Shown piece by piece: positions 35,699 to 43,479 of a DNA stretch of 44,793 bases. The notes beneath the pieces were generated by a model. The model searched no databases, was not told the DNA's origin, and was given only the letters and a program-made list of their open reading frames with translations. Source of the DNA: a virus (taxonomy: Duplodnaviria; Heunggongvirae; Uroviricota; Caudoviricetes); IMG/VR virus record IMGVR_UViG_643348551_000008, positions 1 through 44,793 of that record. The stretch is one strand, 5' to 3'. The position numbers and the translations under genes are program-made. Within the stretch, counting starts at the first letter, position 1. Each line of letters opens with the position of its first letter.

Positions 35699-35919
35699 AA
35701 CACACCTCCCAGGCGTTTAAACATTTTTCCGGACTGAAACGCCATCAACGGATAGCTAATGGTGTAGTTACGCCCCAGTAATTCACACACGACTTTCTGG
35801 CTTTCGGTGCTGACCAGGCAAACCCGCAGAACGTGACCGTTGCTGGTGGCGAACCACTGCCCCACACGGGGGCAACGGTTGTATCGGTGATACAGGGAAT
35901 TAACGATGCGGCGAATCAT
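35695..35919 (-). CDS. Hypothetical protein (74 aa)
   Basis: ORF only; in the early-right operon between the 77-aa ORF and the O-like gene. Confidence 0.35.
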   Translation of the reverse strand: MIRRIVNSLYHRYNRCPRVGQWFATSNGHVLRVCLVSTESQKVVCELLGRNYTISYPLMAFQSGKMFKRLGGVL

Positions 35920-36149
35920 GGATGTACCTCCTGCACATCAGCCATGAGCATTTTACTGGCTGTTTCCAGCGCCTGGTCGGCGCTAATTTGCATGACAGCC
36001 AGTGAATGAGGAACGAAAGTCCCGGCATATTCTGTTTCACTGGTGGCGTGCTTATGCGCCCTGTCTGCAATAACAGAGATGTCAATAAGCGCATCCATCA
36101 GAGTTTTAATTACCGTAACAGTGGTATCTGAATAATGGTTATTACACAT
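35916..36149 (-). CDS. Hypothetical protein (77 aa)
   Basis: ORF only; overlapping-stop arrangement with neighbours. Confidence 0.35.
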   Translation of the reverse strand: MCNNHYSDTTVTVIKTLMDALIDISVIADRAHKHATSETEYAGTFVPHSLAVMQISADQALETASKMLMADVQEVHP

Positions 36150-36807
36150 GACGCGCCTCCCGTTGATTACAGCGGAAAGCAGTGTGAGTCAGGCTGGTTT
36201 CGGCCTCATGAAATGCTTCAATACAGCTCTCGTAGTACCGCATTGTGCGCAGACTTAACCCAAGCTGAAGCATCATCAGACCATCAAGGGTGATGTAATA
36301 ACCACGCAGGGAATCGCCATACACGTGGTAAGTACCCGGAATGAAATTACGGGAGAAGAATTCACGTGAGCAGTTCAGATACTCGATTTTGTCGACGATG
36401 TTCTGGTGCATGCGCTTAAAGTGGCAGGCAACATGCAGGGAGAAAATAACAGCTTTGCCGTTGACGACTTCGATTTTCAGGTATGGGGAAGTTGGGACTG
36501 TAGCCATGATGGCAGCCTCCGTATGCAATGGATAACTTCCACCACCGGAGGTTCCAATCTCACTGGTGGTGAACTGGACAGGGTTGGAACTACCGGCGCA
36601 TACGGAAACCGGCGAGCCTTTCGGCTCCCCTGCCCAGCCCACCATAATTCTGGCGTGCGTGAGCGCGGACGATAAAAAAGACGCTGGCGCGTCATATATC
36701 GCCGTATGCAATTCCGGGGTTCCAATCCCGACACCCGCTTTATAAGGTGCCAGAACAGTGTAACGTCCCGAAATTGCAGAATCAATATTTAGGCTTGAAA
36801 CATTCAT
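36142..36807 (-). CDS. Hypothetical protein (221 aa)
   Basis: Long ORF in the early-right operon; no family recognised; start uncertain. Confidence 0.4.
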   Translation of the reverse strand: MNVSSLNIDSAISGRYTVLAPYKAGVGIGTPELHTAIYDAPASFLSSALTHARIMVGWAGEPKGSPVSVCAGSSNPVQFTTSEIGTSGGGSYPLHTEAAIMATVPTSPYLKIEVVNGKAVIFSLHVACHFKRMHQNIVDKIEYLNCSREFFSRNFIPGTYHVYGDSLRGYYITLDGLMMLQLGLSLRTMRYYESCIEAFHEAETSLTHTAFRCNQREARHV

Positions 36808-36920
36808 ATGCTTACTGGTATTTTTACTAACGCAAATGTTCTTGGATGTTACTGGCTTACTTCTTTTGTGAAGTTGCCTTTACTAACGTTGAGCGAGCCG
36901 GGTCACTACCCGGCTTTTTT

Positions 36921-37634
36921 TCACCGCTGCCAACCAATAACCTGAAATAACCCCATTTTCGGGTGATACCAGCGAGTCCCTCGCGGTTCTGCTTCCTCCA
37001 TAACCCGATAAAAAGCAGCCATAAACGGTTCCACAGCAACAATTGCGCGACGTGACAACAATCCGTCCGGCGTCATGAACTCATGGGTGTCTGTAGGAAT
37101 TTGATAGGCATTCACCAGATTGCGGCATTTATCATCTGACAAACCGGTTTTTGCTTTCAGTTGGCGATATCCGGCATAGCCCTCACGAATGGTACCCCTT
37201 TTGATTTGCTCAACTGTTTCGGCAACATGGCTGACTTTTTCTTCCACCTGAGTGATCCGTTTCTGCTGACGAACGGCTTCAAGAGCCATCGCAGCAACCA
37301 TTTCAATTTCGCTCATTGGCTTACGGATCTGTTCTTCCAGTTCACGCCAGCGATCTACCAGGCGAGCAGTGAATTCAGGGCAGAGCTGTGCGACGACAAT
37401 GATGCTGTCGCGCTTACCTTGTTCTCCTTCAAACAGGTAATGCTCATATTGAACTTTAAAACCTAAGTTATTGATTTTCTCGGAAACAGCCATTGGCGGT
37501 TTCCGGATGATGTTTTTAGCAACCAGGCGTTCGATACTACGTTTAACATCTGAGTGCTGACTACCCACCAGCTCTGCGATCTCAACGCTGGTCATGGATG
37601 CTTTGTCGTTAAAAATTGCGGTGTTCACTGCCAT
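36921..37634 (-). CDS. Rha-family phage regulatory protein (antirepressor-like)
   Basis: N-terminal MTSVEIAELVGSQHSDVKRSIERL pattern typical of Rha; start trimmed to the AAGGAG-preceded Met. Confidence 0.6.
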   Translation of the reverse strand: MAVNTAIFNDKASMTSVEIAELVGSQHSDVKRSIERLVAKNIIRKPPMAVSEKINNLGFKVQYEHYLFEGEQGKRDSIIVVAQLCPEFTARLVDRWRELEEQIRKPMSEIEMVAAMALEAVRQQKRITQVEEKVSHVAETVEQIKRGTIREGYAGYRQLKAKTGLSDDKCRNLVNAYQIPTDTHEFMTPDGLLSRRAIVAVEPFMAAFYRVMEEAEPRGTRWYHPKMGLFQVIGWQR

Positions 37635-37747
37635 CTCCTTACGGATAAATTCTTTTAAGATTCCGCACATTCGTACTTATTGGTGCCGAACCTTCCTTCA
37701 GTTATCCTTTTGATCCCTATAAACAAAAGAACCAAAGGAGGTTCGAC

Positions 37748-38041
37748 ATGAAAGTTCAGGCCGTTGGTTTATTCTGGTTTCGCGATGCGATTCAGTATCA
37801 TGAGCTCAAAAATATTTTTACTGATGCTGATGTGCTCTCCGACAGTTACACCGAGTGGAAACACGACGCTGAAAAATTGATTAAGCGTGTCGAAAGAAGC
37901 GGGCAACGAGTTATTAAAGTTGAAGCGGATACAGCCGAGTTCATCACCTGGTGTACAAGCGAAGGCATTGGAATCAATGCCGAAGGTAGAATGCAGTTCG
38001 CATCCTTTAAGGCTTACCAACAACTTCTCAGCGAACGCTAA
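37748..38041 (+). CDS. Hypothetical protein (97 aa) on the opposite strand to the early-right operon
   Basis: Strong SD AGGAGG 6 nt before ATG; followed by its own terminator hairpin. Confidence 0.55.
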   Translation: MKVQAVGLFWFRDAIQYHELKNIFTDADVLSDSYTEWKHDAEKLIKRVERSGQRVIKVEADTAEFITWCTSEGIGINAEGRMQFASFKAYQQLLSER

Positions 38042-38048
38042 TGTGATT

Positions 38049-38095
38049 GGGGCAATCGAAATGGTTGCCCCATCGTATTTAATAGTTATTTTTTC
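38049..38095 (+). terminator. Intrinsic terminator after the 97-aa gene
   Basis: Stem ggggcaa/ttgcccc (38049-38071) followed by a T-rich tract on the plus strand. Confidence 0.55.
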
Positions 38096-38111
38096 GCTCA
38101 TATCACCACCA

Positions 38112-38321
38112 TCACTTCTCCTCCCCCGTGTGCGCTAAGCTTGGGTGTGTATATGGAATGTTCGGATCCAGATGGCAGAGAATGGCAACATCCTCCGGAA
38201 CGCCCCGCGTTTTCCACTTTCCAACTCCCTGACTACCACGAGGCTTTCCTTTCTTTGGAAACCTACGGCCAATAGCGGCATTGGTTTTAAATTGAGTTTT
38301 TAATATTTCATAAAGGGTCAT
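38112..38321 (-). CDS. Cro-like repressor
   Basis: 69-aa ORF divergent from the cI-like gene; ...GKWKTRGVPEDVAILCHLDPNI resembles recalled P22-type Cro. Confidence 0.6.
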   Translation of the reverse strand: MTLYEILKTQFKTNAAIGRRFPKKGKPRGSQGVGKWKTRGVPEDVAILCHLDPNIPYTHPSLAHTGEEK

Positions 38322-38432
38322 TCTTTAGCCTCACACCGGATACTCTGTTATCCAAGAATGTTAAACGCGAGAATCCAAAGTATCAAGAAATTCTGTTACT
38401 TTAGTATCAACAGCCATGAAAGGAGAAGAAAA
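38322..38432. promoter_or_regulatory. Immunity-region operator/promoter cluster (OR/PR/PRM-like)
   Basis: Divergent cro/cI intergenic region containing repeated GTATCA half-sites and a GGATAC..TATCC palindrome. Confidence 0.5.
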
Positions 38433-39089
38433 ATGAAGTCTTTAGGTGAACGCCTCATCAACGCACGACAAAAAGCTGGGTTAACGCAAGATGCGTTGGC
38501 TAAAAAAGCAGGGGTCACCAGAGTTGCAATCAGTAAAGCCGAGCAAGGCCTTACAAAAAGTTTCAACGGTGACACCCTTTTTAAAGTCGCAGCTGCACTG
38601 CAGTGTTCACCGCAGTGGCTTCAGAACGGAGATGAAAAAGATAAGCATTGGGAAAATAATGTTAAGAGCTGCCCACAGAGAGACACAGCACACTCTTACC
38701 CTGTAATTAACTGGGTTCAGGCAGGATTATTCGCAACTGCTGGTGATGACTACAACATGTATGATCAGGATAACTGGAGGCATTCTGTAAAATACGCTGG
38801 TGAGAGGGGGTTCTGGCTGGAAGTGCACGGAGACTCAATGACTTCGCCCGTAGGAATAACATTTCCTGAAGGAATGTCGATCCTTGTCAACCCAGATAAA
38901 GAAGTTTTTTCAGGGTGTTACGTCATCGCCAGAAAAAAATCCACCAATGAAGCAACATTCAAAAAATATATTTCTGAAATGGGAAAGGCGTTTCTAAAGC
39001 CCCTTAATCCACAATATCCAATCATAGAAATGGACAATGATTGCGAAATAGTAGGTGTTGTAGTTGATGCCAGGTGGGATATTTTCTGA
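38433..39089 (+). CDS. CI-like repressor (N-terminal HTH_XRE, C-terminal S24/LexA-like peptidase domain)
   Basis: MKSLGERLINARQKAGLTQDALAKKAGV HTH, and C-terminal ...GDSM...CYVIARKK region typical of self-cleaving repressors; AGGAG SD. Confidence 0.8.
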   Translation: MKSLGERLINARQKAGLTQDALAKKAGVTRVAISKAEQGLTKSFNGDTLFKVAAALQCSPQWLQNGDEKDKHWENNVKSCPQRDTAHSYPVINWVQAGLFATAGDDYNMYDQDNWRHSVKYAGERGFWLEVHGDSMTSPVGITFPEGMSILVNPDKEVFSGCYVIARKKSTNEATFKKYISEMGKAFLKPLNPQYPIIEMDNDCEIVGVVVDARWDIF

Positions 39090-39192
39090 CCAGACTCAAA
39101 ACACAAAAAGAAACCAAAGTATCAGAAATCACTTGCCACACCTTGATACCTTAGTTACCATAAAACAAAGTTCGTAACTGAGGTATCATCTC
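39090..39192. promoter_or_regulatory. Putative OL/PL-like operator region
   Basis: Same GTATCA/TGATAC motifs as the cro-cI intergenic region (AAGTATCAG ... TTGATAC). Confidence 0.4.
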
Positions 39193-39696
39193 ATGATCAA
39201 TAAAGCTACAACTCTTGACTGTCTTGAAGAACTGAAAAACCTCGGCAGTCTCATTACACTAATAGCCAAAGCAACGCCAGATGCTACGCTCTCTGGCGAT
39301 ATCGAGTCATGCGCAGGACTGGCATGGGATATGACAAATAGCATATCCAGAAAGCTATCGTCAGCAATGCTTTTACAGAACAAAAATTCTGCAATCAACA
39401 ACCGTCTTCGCACCCAACGCGAAGCCTGCGGTTTAACAACCGCCGAACTCGCCAGGCTGCTCGATCTCGATGAAGAAATTATCATCCAGTGGGAGAGCGG
39501 AGAGTATGAACCAACCATCAGTATGCTTATCCCACTGGCAAATGTTCTTGGCTGTGATCCGATGCGGCTGTTAACTGGCGAGGTTACTCCTCCGGAGCAA
39601 CCAAAAAGTGAGGAGCAGCAACACCATGACGCATCTCAACAAGTTTGCTCCTTATCTCGCGAAGCTCTTCTACGGAAGAACCAATACCAATGGTGA
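39193..39696 (+). CDS. Hypothetical protein with C-terminal HTH_XRE-like motif (167 aa)
   Basis: C-terminal half LRTQREACGLTTAELARLLDLDEEIIIQWESGE is HTH-like; first gene after the putative PL. Confidence 0.5.
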   Translation: MINKATTLDCLEELKNLGSLITLIAKATPDATLSGDIESCAGLAWDMTNSISRKLSSAMLLQNKNSAINNRLRTQREACGLTTAELARLLDLDEEIIIQWESGEYEPTISMLIPLANVLGCDPMRLLTGEVTPPEQPKSEEQQHHDASQQVCSLSREALLRKNQYQW

Positions 39697-39824
39697 CATA
39701 ATCGCCGCTTCGCCCCTCAAGGTACATGCGAACATTTTTATCAATCATTGCGGAAACAGTCTCAATATGAAAACACTTCTGAGACTCGCTATATAGCAGA
39801 ACATATAAGTCAGCTGAGGAAGCC

Positions 39825-40190
39825 ATGAAAAAGTTCGAAAACATAACTGTTCTCCATGTTGATGACTTTGATTATACAAACCCGGAACTTCTCCCGGAGG
39901 TTGTAAAGGCAATAGATGTTGCCGATATAGTGATTAGAGGAAAGAGAATTGTCAAAAACAGGCTCGCATGCACTTCAGGAGCAATGACAGAAACAACCTC
40001 ACAACAAGATGATTATGAAGGCATTTGTCTGGAGCCGGACTCATTTGCGGTAAATGTTTATCATTTATTGCATGCAACACAGGTATTACATATGTCCAGT
40101 AATCACGAAACAAAAACACTTGGCAGCGAAATTCTGAATTTTGCATGTGAATATGCAAAATCTGCTGCCGAAAAAGAATTAGCGCAATAA
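39825..40190 (+). CDS. Hypothetical protein (121 aa)
   Basis: SD GAGGAAG before ATG; no family recognised. Confidence 0.5.
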   Translation: MKKFENITVLHVDDFDYTNPELLPEVVKAIDVADIVIRGKRIVKNRLACTSGAMTETTSQQDDYEGICLEPDSFAVNVYHLLHATQVLHMSSNHETKTLGSEILNFACEYAKSAAEKELAQ

Positions 40191-40386
40191 CAATAAATAT
40201 TCCCTGAATGTTTATTACGGTTTTATCGCCGGGGATTGTTGCAACCTTTATTCGCAGGAGATTATGTTATGACCTTCCTGAAACATAAGGCATCGTATAA
40301 AACTGCCTGCCTCATTGCACAACATGAAGATTCTTATCTTCATATAGCCAACCTGTATTTGCGCAAAGCATATGGGAGATAAATAA

Positions 40387-40575
40387 ATGAAAGGAAAACA
40401 ACAGAACATAACACATAAAAAAGTAAGAGTGTTGCTAACCATTGAAAATGGTGAAGTAATTTACTCAAAACATCTGTTGGATAATGAATTCGTTGGCTGC
40501 ATGGATACATTTCTGTGGATGGCAAAAAGAGCGGGTTACACGATTATTCCACCGGCAAAGGAGCAAACATTATGA
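40387..40575 (+). CDS. Hypothetical protein (62 aa)
   Basis: SD GGGAGA before ATG; stop overlaps the start of the next gene. Confidence 0.45.
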   Translation: MKGKQQNITHKKVRVLLTIENGEVIYSKHLLDNEFVGCMDTFLWMAKRAGYTIIPPAKEQTL

Positions 40576-41153
40576 ATCATTCAGAGTTCCGACCAGAAGT
40601 TACGCCACATGGCATAAAAATTGGCAATACAACCATTGATTATGTTGAGGCCGTACAGCGGCTTAATGATGGTGAATACGATTATCCAAATTCTCACGGT
40701 TTAAGAATTATGCAATGTATTGCTGAAGCCGATGATGCCGGATTACTGGGACGATTTTCAGTCGATATGAAGATTGCTCAATGGCGATGGCTGTATGTGA
40801 CGACGTTTATAAATGAAGAAGAAGGCAAGAACGGCACCATTGATATCCCTAACGATAACGGAACTACAGATCGCGCTGTTATTTATAAGGGGAAGCATGG
40901 TTGCATGAGTATATACCCAGGACCACTTCGCATTGCCCTGCAAAACCATGTCGAATGGGGATTTATTGAAAAATATGGCGAAGCTGAAGGCATGGGGCGA
41001 GTTCTGTTTCTCTATCAAAATATGCTCATCGCAGATCCTGATAATGGTTTCATTGTTTCTGCTATGGGGCGCGAAGGGCTTGAACTCCTTCTGGATGAAA
41101 TGATTAACGACCTGAATACTCATGGTATGCCAGAAGCGCCAGTGACACATTAA
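40572..41153 (+). CDS. Hypothetical protein (193 aa)
   Basis: Track ORF trimmed to the SD-preceded MNHSEFRPEV start. Confidence 0.5.
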   Translation: MNHSEFRPEVTPHGIKIGNTTIDYVEAVQRLNDGEYDYPNSHGLRIMQCIAEADDAGLLGRFSVDMKIAQWRWLYVTTFINEEEGKNGTIDIPNDNGTTDRAVIYKGKHGCMSIYPGPLRIALQNHVEWGFIEKYGEAEGMGRVLFLYQNMLIADPDNGFIVSAMGREGLELLLDEMINDLNTHGMPEAPVTH

Positions 41154-41160
41154 ATATTAA

Positions 41161-41186
41161 GAAGAAAATAATTCTTCCAGTTTTTT
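41161..41186 (+). terminator. AT-rich intrinsic terminator after the 193-aa gene
   Basis: Stem gaagaa/ttcttc with 5-nt loop followed by T6. Confidence 0.4.
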
Positions 41187-41330
41187 ACTAACCGTTTGTA
41201 TGAAAAGCAACCGTGAATTAAACAGAGTAAAACTGATTTTAATCCTTGCCACAGTACTGACACTAACTGAAATCATTATTCTCTTTATTGTGCTGTCAGT
41301 CGGTTAAAAATATCGGGATACCACAGACCA

Positions 41331-41519
41331 ATGAGACTGTATTTCACAATAGTAATTTTACTGGCAATTATCGCATGTATTTACGGATTACTTGTTCCGT
41401 TCCTTATATCCATGAAGGATACGATAGCAGTTATTTCTGGCTTTGCACTGGCGTTTCTGACCCCGCCCTGCATTTATGCCATTTACAAGGGTCTTTCTTT
41501 CACTAAGGATAAAAGATGA
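41331..41519 (+). CDS. Small two-helix membrane protein (62 aa)
   Basis: Hydrophobic segments ILLAIIACIYGLLVPFL and ISGFALAFL; ATGA overlap with the next gene. Confidence 0.5.
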   Translation: MRLYFTIVILLAIIACIYGLLVPFLISMKDTIAVISGFALAFLTPPCIYAIYKGLSFTKDKR

Positions 41520-42343
41520 AAAAAATTATTTTTGCTTTAGCCATTGTTCTGCCGACTATTGGCCTTGTCGGTTGCGATCGCGTTGAACCAGGTAATGTTG
41601 GCATCAAGGTAAATAAACTGGGCGACGACAAAGGCGTCGGTGAGGTGGTCGGTGTTGGTCGCTACTGGACTGGCTGGAATACTGAAGTTTACATCTTCCC
41701 CACCTTCAAGCAAATGAAGACCTACGATGAACCGTTCAGTTTCCAGATGAGTGACGGTACAACCATCGGCTATCACATTGGCGTGGCCTACAAAGTTGAT
41801 CCATCCAAAGTTACCACGGTGTTTCAGACCTACCGCAAAGGCGTGGATGACATTACCGACACTGACCTGCGCCAGAAGATCGCCGACGCACTCAACCGAC
41901 TGGCCAGCAAAATGACCACTGACAAATTTATCGACGGCGGCAAGTCTGAGCTGCTGGATGCAGCCCTTAAAGACATTCAGGCAGAAATGACGCCCATCGG
42001 TATTCAGGTAATGAGTCTCTCATATGTGGGTAAGCCGGAGTACCCGCCAACCGTTATCGACAGCATTAATGCCAAAGTCACGGCAAACCAGAAGACCCTG
42101 CAACGCGAACAGGAAGTAAAACAGCGCGAAGCGGAAGCCAACATGTTGCGCGCGGAAGCTGCCGGACAGGCTGACGCCATTCGCACAAAAGCCCAGGCCG
42201 AAGCCGATGCTATTCGTTTACGCGGTGAAGCTCTGCGCCAGAACCCTGGTGTTATGGAACTGGAAGCCATTAATAAATGGAACGGCACACTGCCGCAATA
42301 CATGACCAGCGGTGCCAGTACACCATTTATCCAGGTTAAATAA
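41516..42343 (+). CDS. SPFH/Band-7 (stomatin/prohibitin/HflKC-like) domain lipoprotein
   Basis: Lipobox LVGC after an N-terminal signal, SPFH-like core, C-terminal coiled coil ending ...ALRQNPGVMELEAINKWNGTLPQYM. Confidence 0.6.
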   Translation: MKKIIFALAIVLPTIGLVGCDRVEPGNVGIKVNKLGDDKGVGEVVGVGRYWTGWNTEVYIFPTFKQMKTYDEPFSFQMSDGTTIGYHIGVAYKVDPSKVTTVFQTYRKGVDDITDTDLRQKIADALNRLASKMTTDKFIDGGKSELLDAALKDIQAEMTPIGIQVMSLSYVGKPEYPPTVIDSINAKVTANQKTLQREQEVKQREAEANMLRAEAAGQADAIRTKAQAEADAIRLRGEALRQNPGVMELEAINKWNGTLPQYMTSGASTPFIQVK

Positions 42344-42383
42344 CTTATACGCCCGGCAGACCGCCGGGCTAAGGGAAAAGCAG

Positions 42384-42755
42384 ATGAACACCCATAATGC
42401 CCAACCGCAAATAATGAACTATGACCCGAATCTGACGTCATGCGGACGTATGGCAAAACAAACCGTTCGATTAACTTTCGGGTTATGGGAATACCGCGAA
42501 ACATTCGAAGTTACTGTCGGCGGCAATCTGACCGGACTGGATGTTATCAGTTGCGCTATTGAAAGCCTGTACGCAACACTGCCTTATGAAGAAGTCGAGG
42601 ATGAGCGCACAGGGGGAACAGATATCATGGCCACCATTAATATTGGCGAACTGATATGTCAGGATGAAGACCTGTCCGGAGAACTCTGGCTTGCCGGGAT
42701 GCTTATCTCAGCAGAAATTATCAGTATTGAACCCGCTACAAACATACGGCTCTGA
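42384..42755 (+). CDS. Hypothetical protein (123 aa)
   Basis: Track ORF trimmed to the SD-preceded MNTHNAQPQI start. Confidence 0.45.
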   Translation: MNTHNAQPQIMNYDPNLTSCGRMAKQTVRLTFGLWEYRETFEVTVGGNLTGLDVISCAIESLYATLPYEEVEDERTGGTDIMATINIGELICQDEDLSGELWLAGMLISAEIISIEPATNIRL

Positions 42756-42786
42756 AGTTCTCACTATTCAGAGAGCAGGAGAAAAA

Positions 42787-43029
42787 ATGTTCGCTTTGAT
42801 TAATCAGGGACAACTGTATACCGACAGTGCCGGTTACCCGGTAAAAATTATTCGCTGCATAAATAACACTGTGTTGTACAGAAGAATGGATGGGCGAACA
42901 CAGTCGGTAAAAATAAACGATTTTAATGAACTGTTTGAACGGCTCGATCACCAGAAATACCGACAAATTCTGGCAGAAACAGAACAGGAAACTCATCTGA
43001 AAAAATTACGGGTCATGAAAAGGAAATAA
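42787..43029 (+). CDS. Hypothetical protein (80 aa)
   Basis: Track ORF trimmed to the GGAGA-preceded MFALINQG start. Confidence 0.45.
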   Translation: MFALINQGQLYTDSAGYPVKIIRCINNTVLYRRMDGRTQSVKINDFNELFERLDHQKYRQILAETEQETHLKKLRVMKRK

Positions 43030-43032
43030 AGA

Positions 43033-43179
43033 ATGAATAAAGCGTTTGAGCTATGGGTACGCCAGCGTTACGGCAATCGCTATGACCTGACGCGAGATGT
43101 TGACGGTTTCTACAGCCGTGAAATTGTGAAACGAATGTTTGAAGTGTGGTGCCACTGCCGTGGGCTGAGTGTTGTGTGA
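43033..43179 (+). CDS. Hypothetical small protein (48 aa)
   Basis: ATG 4 nt after the previous stop; ends immediately before the xis-like SD. Not in the ORF track. Confidence 0.3.
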   Translation: MNKAFELWVRQRYGNRYDLTRDVDGFYSREIVKRMFEVWCHCRGLSVV

Positions 43180-43187
43180 GGTAATGC

Positions 43188-43424
43188 ATGGGCAATGTGA
43201 TTCAACTGGCTCCCAATGAATGGGTTTGTGAAAGCGTTCTTATCGCAATTACCGGGCTCAAACCAGGCACAATTCTCCGGGCCCGGAAAGAATGCTGGAT
43301 GGTAGGAAGAGAGTATATTCACGTATCACCAGACGGTAATCCAAAGCCATCCAGCGAATGTATGTATAACAGAAAAGCAATAGATGCCTGGGTCGCTTCA
43401 ATGAAAAACAAACAACCTGGGTGA
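43188..43424 (+). CDS. Excisionase-like protein
   Basis: 78-aa ORF immediately upstream of the integrase; resembles recalled prophage excisionase-like proteins. Confidence 0.5.
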   Translation: MGNVIQLAPNEWVCESVLIAITGLKPGTILRARKECWMVGREYIHVSPDGNPKPSSECMYNRKAIDAWVASMKNKQPG

Positions 43425-43479
43425 TTTAATGCCATGAAGTATGTAAGCTCGTATCGCTCTTGGGCGTCTGGAGGTATCA

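Noticed and set aside
37769-38101. 110-aa minus-strand ORF overlapping the 97-aa plus-strand gene
   Set aside because: Its start lacks a well-spaced SD, whereas the plus-strand ORF has a consensus SD and terminator; it remains the alternative reading if transcript data show otherwise.
39584-39844. 86-aa minus-strand ORF between early-left genes
   Set aside because: Antisense to the operon direction, overlaps two SD-supported plus-strand genes, no SD of its own.
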